This document shows positions 15,105 through 29,300 of a stretch of 64,000 nucleotides of DNA, piece after piece. Position 1 is the stretch's first letter; each line of letters begins with the position of its first letter. The position numbers and the translations under genes were made by a program. A model generated the notes under the pieces. The model saw only the letters and a list, made by a program, of their open reading frames with translations, was not told the origin of the DNA and did not search any database. The stretch spans positions 53,506,001 to 53,570,000 of the forward strand of contig CM060734.1 of NCBI GenBank assembly GCA_030704615.1, read 5' to 3'. The DNA is from Takakia lepidozioides. Lineage: Eukaryota; Plantae; Bryophyta.

Positions 15105-18100
15105 TAAGCACACGATCCAAGAATGCATACGCAGCCCCCTCACTAGCCTTGTCAGCAATGGAACCAACTCAATCCACTTGGAGAAGTGTTCCACCATCAC
15201 CAACACCTATCTATGGTGGCGCATAGTCAGTGGCAACGGTCCTGCGAAGTCAAGACTCCACCTGTAGCCCAATCCCATTATTGGTAAAGGATGCAACTGT
15301 GGTGTAGGGGCGTTGAATGAAGCACGCACCCTGTCACACACCATGCATCTAGCCACGAAGTGTTGCACCTCTGTATGCATACCACGCCACCAATACTGCC
15401 CCTGCAGTAAACTGTGAGTGCGTCGCACTCCAAAATGCCACAAATCCTCATGGGCATGTCGCACTAACCGTGCACGCTGTGTGGGGTGAGGCACAATCCT
15501 CACTCGACCATCCTCCCATACTCGGAGCAGGTGTATCCCCTCCCACTTGAACCTCTTGGCTCGTTGCAAGATCCGATCCCTCTCCTTGGCAGTCATAGTG
15601 GTTGTCGTGTCTCCAGTACGGAGGTAGTCCAACACAGCCGAATCCTCATGTATATCTTGGGTACCACCTGGCTCATCACTAGCATCAGGGTCCTCAGACA
15701 CTCGGTCTACAGTCATCCCTATTGTAGGTCCAACCTGACCTCCCGATGCCAAGATACACAAAAAGGCAGATCCATGTCATCCCGACACCATCTCCTCATC
15801 CGTCTCACCATGCCAACGAGCTCCAATGTTATCCTGCTGGCTCATGCATGGATTGCGACTCAATCCATCCGCATCCCGATTGACCAAACCCGGTCGATGC
15901 ACAACCTGAAAGTCATACTCCTGGAGTATGAGTGCCCACCATGCAAACTTCCCCGTAAGCTTGTCTGACTTCATCAACCACTTGAGTGGTTGGTGATCCA
16001 TGACAAGGGTGAAGAGATTGCCATATAGATATAAGCACCTGAAGTGTGTCACGGCCCACACTGCAGCTAAGCACTCTCCCTCATATGAGCTATACTTAGC
16101 CTCTGCAGCACTATTCGAGCGGCTAGCATAAGCCACTACGAACTCTCTTTCCTCATCATCCACTTGTGTGAGCACCGCTCCAAGCCCCAGCATGCTTCAA
16201 TCCGTATGCAGCTGAAATGGACGCCCCCTGATAGGTCGTCTCAGGATAGGCACCGAGGCCTTGAGCTCTTGAAAAGCTCGTTCCTGCTCATCTTTCCACT
16301 GCCACTCCTGGTCCACCTTGGTCAGCTTGGTTAGAGCATTTGCAATGGCACTAAATCCCTTGACAAACCGTCTATAATAGTTTGCCAACCCCATGAAAGC
16401 TCGAACTCAGCTCACATCCGTGGGGCGTGGAATTTGTGCAATGGCCTCTACCTTAGTCTATTGTACCCCCAATCCTCCAGGTTATATCATGTGACCCAAA
16501 TACTCAATCTGGTTGTGGAAAAACTTGCACTTCCCCGGATGCAACTTCAATCCGTGCGCTCTCAAGCGCTCAAACACCACCTGAAGGTGTCTCTCATGCT
16601 CCTCCACCGTAGCACTAAAGATGATAATGTCATCTATGTAGCACCGAGCAAACTTCATCCCTGCTAGAATCCTATCCATGACTCTCTAAAACTCTGCAGG
16701 AGCGTTCTTAAGCCCAAATGGTAAGAATCGCCACTGATATAGGCAATCCTTGTCGTGCTCATTGATCCCCCAGAATGTCGTCTTCTGCTTGTCCGCCTCC
16801 TTGATCGGCAACTGGTGATATCCGGATCGTAAATCCAAAGTGCTAAAGACCTTAGTATGCCCGATGGCATCAAAGATCTCCTCTGGTGTTGGCATGGCAT
16901 ACTTATCGGACTTGGTCTGACGATTTACAGGTCGGTAATCACCGCACATACGTCTCTCCGTCCAATTGCCATAGACATCCTTCTTGGCTGGCATCACTGT
17001 GGCTGAAGCATACTCTCCACCAGAGAGCTCCACCAAACCAGCCTCCCAGAGATCTTGAGTCCTCATCTGAATCAAAGACCTCTCCCTGTCACTGTATCTA
17101 TAGGGTCTCCGAAAGATTGGCGTGTCAGTGGCCAACTCAATACGAATCTCTTGACCCTCCAGTGCTCCCAAGTCCTTCAAACTGAAGGCAAAGCAATTCC
17201 TGTAAGCCCTCAGGAACCGCCGTATACGTCGTCTCTCTCCTCCGGTGACAATGGGTCCAATGTCAGGCTCCCAATTGTCCTCCGTAACTGCAACCTTAAG
17301 TCCAGTGGGCTTAGAGGTAGAGGACGTGTTCAGTGGTTGCTATGTTGCAACCTCTTGAGCGGTACTCCTTGCCTGCTCAGTCAATGACAAGGCCTCATCA
17401 TGCCCCATCATCTCATCCTCGAGGACTTCATCAACCCGAGAAAAATCCCCAACCTCATCTATCACCGTCACCCTGGCTGCCAACTCTCTCTGAACCTCGA
17501 GCACCTCCCACGTGTGCCATGGATGTCTGCACCCCGTGGTCCTCTCATGCTCGCCCCCACTCACTGCCTGTACCGTCAGCAGAGAAACCATCAAGGGAAG
17601 TGTACTCCGCACTCTGCGTTGCTCAGCCATAGCCAAGCTGATAATCCAGGTCAAGCAATTGAGATCCATTGTTTGCCCCAACACCTGACGACATGATGCC
17701 TCAAAAAGAGACGGCACCGCCGTGGTACCAGTGGTAAAACCCATTGTCCGCTCACGCTCGTCAGCATTAGGCTCCACTAACTGCTGCAACTGAGCATCCC
17801 ACAGGAGGCCAGGTCCACTATCCTGGAAAGCATGCGATCCTGGGAAGCTGAGCAGTGTAGGTAATGATGCTCGTGGTTGACCCACCTTGTTGACCACTGC
17901 CAAAGGCGAATGGTCATCGTGTCTCACACGCTGATACTGCCTCTTTATGTCCAAAATGCTATTCACTGTGAGGTGTGCTGGCCGCTGCATCCCATCAAAT
18001 GCATGCTTGAGCAGTGCGGGTGGCATCAAGTTAGTCCACCATAGCCGTGGACGATGAGCCCGTGACCCCACTGTAGCTGCATCTAACAACACTGCTGACC

Positions 18101-21100
18101 CAAGCCACGACCGGACTTGATGCACACTGGCCATCACCCTAGTCCAAGAATCGCCCATCAGTGGCACATTCTCCAAGATGTATGCTAGAAATACAGCTTG
18201 ATGAAGCTGCAAGTGCCGCAAAACCCGCACCATCTCCCAAAACAGACCCGACCTCGAGTCTCGCAATCCATTGTCATGCCTGGCTAATGAATGCCCTTGG
18301 CAGGGCCAACCTGCCACTACTAGATCAATGGAGCCAACCCGCTCCAAATCCTACGCCCCCAGCAACGAAATGCTAGCAAGGCCTACTGATATCCACGAAC
18401 TGCAGACACCGGCAACAACTCAGGGTACTGCTGCACCAACTGAGCAACATGGCGAAGTGAAACGCGTCGTGCAGTCTCATCCCTCTCCACATACAGGTAA
18501 CACCGAACTCGTACACCTGTCTGTAACACAGCAGCCAATCCGGTGCTGATCCCGCGAAACAAGTCCAGGAGACCAATGTCTTCATCCGGATACTACCACA
18601 CAATAGGTGTGGTGTCCAATGAAGACAACTGAGGTGGTCCTGGTGCAATCCCCGCACTCTCATCCTCTCCTGATGGTACAAAAGCCTCCACCTAGGCTTG
18701 TTGCACCCGTCGATCAGCAACCCACTGCAAATCTTTGCTCGTGCCCCACAATGGAGTCTAAGTAACCATGGTAGGCAACTCCGCCATACCATACATGTCA
18801 TCCTGCTCTCCTGGAGGTGTGTCATCCTCTGAATGAACGTTGTCCTCTAGCAACTCTTCAGGCCAAGTCACTGTAGCTGTGAATGCTGCTAATGTCGGCA
18901 TCTTGCCCCGCTGGGCAACCGCAACTCCTCCTATGAATGTCACAGGGAGCTGCACACGCCAGCCCTCCCCTGACTGCCATCCAGGCCTATAGGAAGCTGA
19001 CTCCTCCCAAAAATCCAGGGTGAAGCCCATGGGGTACAACACTGCCCCACCAACCAGGACATCGTACGAGACCGCGTCTGTCACAATGGCCTTGGCTCGC
19101 ATCACTAAGCCATTTGTAGGGTGATCCGGCCGTAGTCTGATAGCCAACTCACGCCGTGTCATGCCCCGAGCCTGCTCCAATCCTACTAGAGACGTCTGTA
19201 TCTGGAAATGACAAGGCTCCATATCCGCCTCCGTGAGGCCCAAGCCTGCAATAGCAGCTCTGCCCAGCATCAATGGCTGAGCTCCCGAGTCCAACATGAC
19301 CCGCAGTGGCCGGTACCTCTTGTCTGCCGGTCCATTCACATAGAAAATGTCATCCTGGTTGTCTAACATGACAACTCCAGGTGTCACCATGGCGTGCTCA
19401 ATGGCTGGCCTAGCTGGCAGCTCCATCAACCTGGCAGCTGCAGCTTGTCATGGCGCCGCCGTGGCAGTCTTGACCCTCAAATCCGAGGATCCCTCCGGCA
19501 CTACACCTCCCACTATCTCCGCAGAAGATGAAGTAACCTCCCCACTCTCACAGAGTGTAGCTGCCAGCCTGAACACCTCAGCTGGTCTTACCCCTGGCGT
19601 CGCAATCATGGTAGCCGAGAACAATGGAGCCTAGCACACAGATGTGGCCGCTCCTAGCAGCACACTAGCTGCCGTAGCCTTGACAACACTAGGTAGTGAT
19701 GCTGCCGTGTAGCTCTCCCCAATGGCATAGTAACCTCCGCCTTGGTAACAGTCGGGCAAGAACTAAGTGCCATGGATGGCGTCGACACTGTCTCCGCCAA
19801 TGTGAATGACTGAGGAAACCTAGCCTGACGGCTTGCCTCCCCATGCTGTGGATCCAACTCCACCTCTGCACCTCGTGGCTCAGGAACTCGTGCTGCTCCT
19901 CGGGTCACGGCTGTAGCAGACTCCACCTGTACTAGTGGTAGTGCTGCTCTGCACATGAATCCCATGCCTCCCATATCTCCTCCCTCAGGAGCAGGAGGTG
20001 ACCATCCGGCTTTGGAGCCGGTACCACCTGAGTTGTAGCCATGGCAGCGAGCCTCTGCTCTAGCTACTGAAGCTGGTTGGCCATGCTTTAGTCAACACCC
20101 TGACCTCTGCGTCCTTGGCCATGTTGAGCTTTCCCTTGGCCTACACCTCGTGCCTGGCCACCTCATCCTCTGTGGGCTGCCCCACCTTGCCCCCAGCCAC
20201 CATTGTTCCCTTGGAACTGGCCTGGGCACAACTCAGGATGCAAACCATAACACTGGGCCTCTCCATGCCCGTGCTTGCCACAATGCCCACACTGCAACTG
20301 TGCAGGCTGTGCATATGCTGGCCCTTTGCCTCCCTCTGGGCAATCCTTCTTGACATGGGGTCCTCCACATGTCCAACACACCACCTCTGCCCGTTGTTGG
20401 CCTACAAATGAAGGGAGAGACCCCTGCATCTGAGGTCCTCTTTGTCCTTCCCTGAGCTTCACTTGAGCCCCCTTATTGCCTTGAGCTAGGAGCACCACTA
20501 CCCCGTGGTGTCTCCTTAGCAAATCCCACCATGACCACTGGTTCCTCCACCATGTTAAGCTCTATCCGCTTTGCCAGCAAAAACACATTTGCTAAGGTGG
20601 GTTGGGCCGCTTGTAGGAGAGTTGCATCCCGCGCCCTTCTCCTCAGTTCCTTGTCCAATATCCCATACCAGAATTGGACTGCCTGAGCTTCCGTAACCCC
20701 TTGGGTTACATTTATCAAGCGCCTCATGCGAGTGAATGTCTCCATCAAGCTCTCAGTAGGCTTCCGTTGGAACTCTTGCAAGCTCCTCAACTTCTATGTC
20801 CTCACCCCTTAGTAGTTCCTTCTCAACTCTTCGAAGAACTCCACAACAGGGTTGAAGGCAGGCACCGCCACTGGTGCTGGTGCAGCAGTAGCTTGGGTGG
20901 ACGTCAGCTACGGTACCACCTGTCCCACTAGTCCCACTGCTGCTTGCTGAAGCTGCCGGTGCAACGGCAGGTGTAGCCACTGCCCTCGTGGCTCTAGTGC
21001 CCCTAGTGATGGAGACATAGTCGGGTGACAAGTACATCCTCCACTCCTCAATCTCAACCTCATGCCCCCGCCTGAACTCGTGGTAATCATCCATAGGCGG

Positions 21101-21644
21101 CCCCTCAAGGTGCTAAAACAGCCCCTTCCATGCCATGAAAGACGTAAATAGTTGTGGATTGCGCATTTGCTGCAATGATAAAATCATCCAACTCGATGGT
21201 GCCCACTGCCCCAGAGTACCTTCGTGGCCCCTTGGTAGCTCCATACATCTCCTCCATTGTGTCCCACAATAATGGCAAGGAAACAACTTGCACCGCCGGT
21301 GTGAGTCCTCCTGATTCACAATCCGAGTCAGAACCTTCCGTAGAAGACACAGGAGGTGAAGGTGGCCTAAACCGCACACCTCGTCTTGTGTACCCACTAG
21401 TATCACTAGTGCTCGAACCGGCACTGTCCCCAGCAACTAGTGGCACCTCCGTGTTGACAAACTGTCACTCAACCGGTCATGAACATGTCCCTAACCCCCT
21501 CTCCACAAGGTAACCGGGTAGAGAACCTGTTGCGGCTTATGGTTTGGAATACTAGGTTCCTATTAACATAGCCTACACCTGCACCTGCATCCACCGCAAG
21601 CACTTCTATGGTTGGCTGGTCATCACCTCCAACCTCACCATAGG
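15105..21644 (-). mobile_element. Degenerate, inverted internal region of a gypsy-type retrotransposon: leader-gag-PR-DNMT-RT-RH-INT(5' part)
   Basis: Zn knuckles CWTCGGPHVKKDC and CGHCGKHGHGEAQC; protease LDSGAQ; DNMT GWPCQG/LENV/RPRLWWTNL; RT YIDD; RNase H; integrase HHCC and SLDF; many stops and frameshifts. Confidence 0.93.
17640..18585 (-). pseudogene. DNMT3-like C5 cytosine methyltransferase domain inside pol (copy 1, frameshifted)
   Basis: Motifs DLVVAGWPCQG, YILENV, AHRPRLWWTNL, ERERTMGF, RQVLGQ; homologous to 52258-53200. Confidence 0.88.
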
Positions 21645-24085
21645 ACTCACGGATCACCAACCATTGAAGTGGTTGATGGAGTCAAACAAGCTTACAGGGA
21701 AGCTTGCACGGTGGTGCATCGAGCCGGTGTAGTCAGTCGGGATGCAGATGGGTTGAGTCGTAATCCATGCACGAACGAACATGATGATACTGGAGCTTGG
21801 TGGCATGGTGAGACGGATGAGGAGATGGTACTAGGATGACATGCATATGTTTTTTTGTGCATTCTAGCAATGGAAGCTCAAGCTGGTCCATTCCATGTGA
21901 TTGGTCATGGAGATAATGTGCATGACGATCCAGAGATCAATGAGGAGCCCGGTGGTGCTAAGGATATGCATGAAGATACAGCAGTGTTGGCCTACCTTTG
22001 TACCGGAGAGATAACAGCCAATGTGACTGCTAAGGAGAGAGATGGGATCCTACAACGGGCCAAGAAGTTCAAGTGGGAGGGGACTCATCTGCTCCGAGTA
22101 TGGGAGGATGAACTGGTGAGGATTGTGCCTCATCCAACTCAACGAGCGCGATTGGTACGCCATGCCCATGAGAAGTTGGGACATTTTGGGGTGCGACACA
22201 CTCATAGTTTGCTGCAAGGGCAGTATTTGTGGCGGGGCATGTACACAGATGTGCAATAGGGCATAAGCATGCTACAATGGCTCATTTTTGTCCAGTGTCG
22301 CGCACCTCACTTCGGTAAGCTCCCCTTCATGTCATAGTTACTCGCTTTGATGCGCGCGCCTAACTCCCAAACTGACCGTCGGGCCAACTCGGAGCTTCGG
22401 CTGCTCACCTAGACATAACGGTCCCCCTTTGCTCCTCCACAAGACCCTTGCTTACTTTGGGCCTAGTGGAAATTCCCTTTGGTTGTCCGCAATCCGGAAC
22501 AGCTCCCCACACCTTGGTCGCTTTCCGGCTCACACGCTTACTCACTAGTTTTTGGTCACCAACGGGCTTGCACCGTTCTTGGGGTTATTACTCCCTATAT
22601 ATACTTTTGTGACGGTCCGCGGGGGTTTCACAAACAACACCGTCCTTTTATGGCGAACCACACAAAGACCCTTGACTCCCGGTGATGAATCGCCTACCCA
22701 CCACAGCCCCAATGGACCGTGATGAATCCCAAGACTCCCCACGACTCCCACCACAAGGTCTCCGCCCCATGGTGAGTCCTATGCCACCCCCACTAAGACC
22801 CACTCAGCTACCACCACCCCTCGTGGAACCACCCCCACCACAACCCGGTGTGCGGGGCTCCACCTAGTGAGCGCCTCTGCCTCAGCCGCCGTACCTATTG
22901 TTGCCACTGCCCCCACCACAGGGGCAGCCCTTCTTGTGTCCCGACCCCCTGCCCTCAAGACACAAAGCCGCGACATCCAGCCTACTCTAATTTACTCTCA
23001 TTCTTCATCTTCAAAACACAACAACTTTGTTTGGAAACCAATTTTTAGTTGATCTCAAATTGAGTTGACAACAAAAATAAATTGCAACACCTAATTTGTA
23101 GTTCTTATGAAAAAATATATATAAATGAAAGTAGACAAGTTTAGACTGGACAAAAATTTCGCAAAGTGAGCCATTGTAGCATGCTTCTGCTCAACAGTTA
23201 GTGGCAATGTGCATGATGTGTGATAGGGTGTATGCTTCCTTTAATGCACCTGCTCCACAATTGTATCCTTTACCCATCATTCTTGGGATATCGATGGAGT
23301 CTTGACTTCGCGGGACCATTGTCACTGACGATGCATCACAACAAGTATGTGCTGGTGATGGTGGAACACTTCTCCAAATGGATTGAGCTAGTGCCATTGC
23401 CTGACAAGGCAAGTGAGGGGGCGGCGTATGCATTCTTAGATCGAGTGCTTAGCCAATTTGGTGCTCCAGCCGAGGTACTCACGGACCAGGGGAGAGAATT
23501 CTTGGGGGAGTTTCAGGCTTTGTGTGAGCAAACCTTGATAGATCACCGCACTACTTCTCGGGATTATCCCGAGGCTGATGGCTTGGCGGAGAGAGTTGTT
23601 CAAATAGTCAAGAGGGGTTTGCGCAAGTATGGCTTGCAGAAGGGACACTTGGGAGATTGGGACCTTCAGCTGCGTTGGTTGGCTATGGGCTATAGGTTCA
23701 GTAAATAAGCGTCACTTGCGTCCTTCTCACCTTACTTTCTTCTCTTTGGCGGAGAGCCAAATTTGCCTGCATTTATTCGTAGGGAGGTTGCAATAGTCTT
23801 TGACCTTAATGATCTGGACGTGTGGACACAAGCATATGACCAGCGGGTAGAGTTGTTCAAGAGAGTCATGCCTATGGCTTTTGAGAACCTTGTTATTGCC
23901 CAACACCGAGACACATTGAGGTATGTCACCATACCTGGAGGTCAGACCGGGTATTTGAAGATTCAACCCTGGGGACTATGTGTATCTGCAACAGACAACA
24001 CCTACGACCTTGGATGTCACAGCAGGGCGTGTGATTCTAAGGGTACGAGAGGTGTTGGCTTCAGGAATGTTGATTCTGGAAGGTC
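21645..24085 (+). mobile_element. Second pol fragment of the same family (RNase H end to integrase), interrupted by a DNA transposon
   Basis: TDHQPLKWLMES; HAHEKLGHFG; WSLDFAGP...LTDQG...GLAERV; collinear with ~54840-56310. Confidence 0.9.
22259..23192. mobile_element. Non-autonomous DNA transposon with TIRs and 4-bp TSD
   Basis: Left end GGGCATAAGCATGCTACAATGGCTCA matches the reverse complement of the right end, GAGCAGAAGCATGCTACAATGGCTCA. Flanks are AATA/AACA; removing the insert restores integrase codons GTG CAA CAG TTA GTG. Confidence 0.85.
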
Positions 24086-24558
24086 AAGTTAATATCTATG
24101 TTATTGAACAGCTAATGGATTTTCAAGTTTATTATAGATGAAAATAGATTTCGCTATTCACAAGGAGGAGCCACTAGCCGGTTGTTGGCTCCCCTCTAAA
24201 GAAGAGACCACACATCAGTGTCAATAAATTGTAAGACCATGTTATAATTTTCCCACAAAACCTACAATGAATACCTCATTTGGTAAAGCCTTTATCAAAT
24301 TCCTTTAATTCAAAAGCTTATATCTTGTTTTCTCTTGAATAAGTTACCTTCAACATTTTTAACTAATAGATGTGTTTTTGTTCTTTTGGAGAATCAATCC
24401 CAAGACTAATTTCTTTGCTCACCAAACATGAGTATGGGCTGGTGCATTAGTATCCATGGTTTTTGCACTTTCCATAACCTTAAGCATTTATCAAATCTCA
24501 AGTCCCTTCATATCTTTTTAGATCCATCAAGTTACATATATTTTCTGCTGTTTTATTA

Positions 24559-24622
24559 TCTACTAAGATTAACCTTTAAACGACCACGCGACCCGAATCA
24601 GGTCGCGTGGTTATACATCTAG
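24559..24622 (+). mobile_element. Helitron-type terminus / minimal Helitron
   Basis: Perfect 11-bp hairpin ACCACGCGACC-cgaatca-GGTCGCGTGGT, then CTAG|T 7 nt later; A|TCTACTA lies just upstream. Confidence 0.6.
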
Positions 24623-26325
24623 TGACGCCATTTTGGCGGATGAAGGCGGATGAAGACGTTTCCCAAACGAAAAACGTTGCTATTCAAGAGACGCACATGG
24701 GTAAATTTACGCCATGTGGAACGAAGTAATGACTAATGACGCACCGCATAGGATTTTTTGAGTGGGCAGGGGGACCTAAAATATATGGCTCGTGCCAGCA
24801 ACCTTAAACAAGGGACGTGGCCGGCGAGGTACACCACACAGGCCACCCTTGCCGGTGGGGGGCCTGTTTATTGGCCGCCTGTCCGCCCGTGTGGACACCC
24901 GCCGCTACAAAGTGCGGGGTCACAAGCTCGTGAAGGGTAAATGCACAGATGGGTGGACCAAAAATTGCGTAACATGCAGTTTCTACAGTTACCTCCCTCC
25001 ATGGTTTTACTCATATTTGTCCAACAACTCAATATTTCATCTAAATTTATATGTGCTAGGGTTTCTAACTACAATAGGTGTGTGTACCAACTCTTAGATT
25101 GCAAAAATAATCATGTACCAAAGAGCTATGGACTTTTAAAGTTGATTAATGTGGACTGCAGATGTTACATATAAAATCTTATGGACTAAATTACATCATC
25201 TACGCTCATATAATGGCACAAAGGAAAACATATTAGGGGTGCCATTTCTAAAGCCAACCCAAATCCAGTTTTATATGGACTAGTTACCTTAGATATTGAG
25301 AGCTATGGACTATTTTAAACCTTAAAAACAAATTGTCCATAGCATACTATGTTTTGGGTTTTGGGGTTGTCATCTTTGACCAAAAGACATACAAACTTAT
25401 AATCTAGTGGTGTGGGTTAGGCTCGACGAACCGCCCACTCGGCGGCAGTTAGTGCGGGGGTCCGCGGCAAGTTGAAGGGTGAAAGAAGCAAACAAAATCC
25501 TAATTCTACCGGCAAAGAAGATTTTTAATCTCCTCTAGAGGCAAGTTACGTTTTCTATGTCCTACGGTTTGTTTATGGTTTTGCGCTAATAGCCTTCCAA
25601 GTCTTAATTTTCTCTAAGTGTTCTTACAAGCCTAAAACCCCAAGGCGCCTATAGCCGGGGGATCCGCTTATGGTCCCTTCACAAGGCGTCTACCAACTGT
25701 AGGGAGGAAGAGAAATAATCTCTTTCCACTGCCCCTCCAACTCCCGGGTGTCTCAAGGTCAAGACCACCCTTGGGAAGGGCCAAACCCCCTTAGAATCTC
25801 AATTTACCACTTAGGGGGGGAATACAATAAACTCCTGAGCTAATTTCCAACTTATGATAATGGCAAAAAATCCATAAAAAATATTTAAAAGAAATAAACA
25901 TAGAAAAACTCTCAAATGTGAGGAATCTCCAGGGGATCCTAATGATCCCTCTGGAATATCTAGGGGAGCTCGGGACCCTGATGAGAACGCGATGGGAACG
26001 TGGGAACGTCAGGGATCCGTCCCCATGCGGCGAGAACAGCCGCCACGGATGAATGGACTTGGATGACGGGTTACGCTGTTGTCATCCGCCCCCTAACTCC
26101 AAAATCTCCGCAGTCAAACTGTTAAATAAAGGGCTTGGTGGGTCCAGCCACCATTCTACCACGTGATTCCAAGAAATGATATATTATTGACCCTAAGGGC
26201 CGCTTCCTCTCCTAGAATTTGTCATCTTCTACCTCTAGCTCAATCACTGTTCACTATTGTACCCTAACTCTTACGATAGAGTATTTTGGTTCTAAACTTG
26301 ACCTAATGTTGTCTCGGCTCATACC

Positions 26326-29300
26326 TTGATGCCACCCTCTCTACCATATGGGGCCCCACTCAAGTGCCACTGGCGCACTGATAGGGCTCAATCTTTCCAC
26401 AAAATTGCTCTGCTGCATACTGGATGTTGGCCCCAATCTATTCTGTACGACTTGGATGCAATGGCACCGGCGCAACAGACACCATTCTTGCTTACAGATG
26501 TGCAGCAGCTCAAGTATACGAGAGGGTCGCAGACCAGCTCTTCCGTCCCAGAGTATCACTGCCGGCGTACTCCCACCAGTCGACCCGCCAGCTTCGCACC
26601 CCCCTGTGAGTACCACTACTCCAACCCTCCCGCTATGAGGTCTTCTGCTCTCCCGTCCACGCACATCGTCTATTCCCGTCACAGATGCACTGTCAAGGGT
26701 TTCTGGTATGGCATGGCACATTATCAAGCCCGTAGCCAACCTCTCCAAGTGGATGTCTCCTGGAGCAATGTGCCTAGGCAGATATGCATGGTGGTATGCC
26801 ATGCTGGGTGGTGCAGTCATACCAAGGCTACTACACCAGATCCCATTAAAAGGGCCAGGGACTCCAACGAGTACTCTGCTGCAGGGCCAATTGTGAAGAT
26901 TGACTTCACCAACCAGAATGTGGACGAACCTCTCTACCTCAAATCTACGTTTCCTATAACTTACCCGATCTCTGACAAGCGACACAGAACCGAGCTCATT
27001 CCTCGGAGCTATATGGAATGGTCAATGAAGATGGCAACCCCATCCCTGCTGCTGCTATGTACTGGTGCCCAATTGTCGCATGTCACGAGCATTGCAGCTC
27101 CGGACCAACAGCTCCCTTCAAGAAGAGGGAAAATCGTCAGACTCACTGGTGTACAGACCTGCACGGTAACATGTATATCGACCTACCTTGGCTGACCAGT
27201 CCTACGAGCCATCGCTCGAGCTCTCAAGAGCAGCCTACGCTGGTGCCTCTTCTCAGCTCCTCTAGCCAGCTCCATGGATACCACTACACCAATAAGGGAC
27301 ACTCTTGGCTCCCCGGTGTCACCAACCCTGTCTGTTCGTACATGGCCAGGCATAGAGGCCCTCATTTTCAAGACAATTGTTGCTGCTGCCGACCCCCTGA
27401 AGCAGTTTCCCCAAAGTCAGCACATGACCAGCCCACTGGCTAAGTCCCTTCCCCCAACTCTTCTCAGAAACACATACACTATCCCCTGCTGCTTTGTACC
27501 CAGTACTTCTGAACACCCCACCCCTCACTCCACTCTCTCGAGTAGCAATCCATGGTCCCGGCTTACTACATACCCTCCAGCTCTGATCTCTCCCCACCCC
27601 AATCCACTCATCTCTATGGCTGGTACCCTGTCTCATGTATTTGACTGGGTTAAATCTTTGACTGCTCCATTTCTTGCTAACCATATCTGGATCCCCACTA
27701 AATTTATTACACATACCCAATACACATCTGCCAATTGCAAGGGCTTCATCAAGTCCGCCAGAAACTTGACTTCTGTCAGACTTCTTTGGCCCAGGAGGCA
27801 CAAAACACAAGGCAAGGTTGCAGTCAGGGGCTATATGCACCACAGGTATGACAAGCTTGCAGCCGCCCAGAACAATCGCAATATGTTTGCTCCCTCCAAA
27901 CATGACAGTAACAGCAACGACCGCTACCAATCTACATCCTCCGAGCACCAACTGGCAGTCACCTTCTACAATTTCTTTACAAGGAGGTCTTACCGGTTCA
28001 CTTCTTATGTTACCACCAATAAGATCTCATCGATTTCACTTCCCATTGCCAGGTACCTACCACAACCATCCTAGTCCTTTACCCACACTCCCTGCCCAAT
28101 ATAGTGCAGTCCAAGGACCTCTCAACACCACTAATCCTGACTGGGTGAAAATACTTGCTGGTTGTTACCATATATTGGTTATTAATCTGGTCTCCAGGCC
28201 TTCTATGAAATTTTATGTCTCGGAGCCCGTTCAAGGAACTCCTAATCCGCCAGCAAATGCTTTCTGCTGCGAACAAGTAACCCAAGAAGATTATGCAGAC
28301 ACGCCACCAAGGGAAGTCACCCTCCCCCGTGCTAATTTCCCTGGTCTCTTTACATTCCACCCCAACTACCACCCCTGGTTATATATGTCCGCCCCAACTA
28401 CTGTTAACCAGGGGACTTCCCTATTTTTGCATGACTTTGTTAATGACTGCCTTACGTCTCGAGTTTGCATCTCTATATTTAACACTGATAGACTGAGCTA
28501 TGCGTGCCACATAAATCTAGTTGTTGTACTCCTACCTCACCACCCTCTCCACTGGCTACACTCAAAGACTGTTACCTCTGTTTTCAGAACATCGGTCTAC
28601 AAGTTCCCTCACCCACCTTCTGATGCAGGCCGAAGGTTTACCTGTATACCACTCCGTACTCCCACAACACCAACAACATCGGCGCTCTCGAACCCACTCA
28701 GTAGATGTGCAGAGACTGCTTATAATTCTACTAGCCCCCTGGTTTCACTCCTTTTATTTACTGTAGCTATCTCAGATTTTCTCTCTTACTATCTGCCATA
28801 TGCTTTGCTACCCTCTGAATTTTCTAACTTTACCCACCCTGACTGGGTGTCTGCTCCTGGTGGCTGCTCCAACAGGGTTGTCAATCTGACCTCCAGACCT
28901 TGCATCGTAGGGCCACCCTTGGCACCTACATGCGGGGCACATGTTCTGCCAACAAACAACATCTACAGAACACAGACAGCCACCAACGACTACATCAATT
29001 CACCACCAAGGGAAGCCACTTCTCATTATGCTCCTTGTTTCTTTCATTCTGCAGTCCACTTTCACTGCTCTCTTTGGTTGTTTGCCTCTGTCCCAACTCT
29101 TGTCAGCCATTTTAGTGCTCTGCACCCTTATGAATCTATCCAGGGTTACCCTCAATATCAAAATAGCACCGCTGAGCCTAGTACAGTCACGCTTGGACTT
29201 GCTCACCACACCAATCTTTTGGCTGTTCTTAAAACCAGATGTTCTCGCTATTACAACTTTAATACACGGTTTATCTCCCCCCCCCCCCCCTTTGTTGCAG

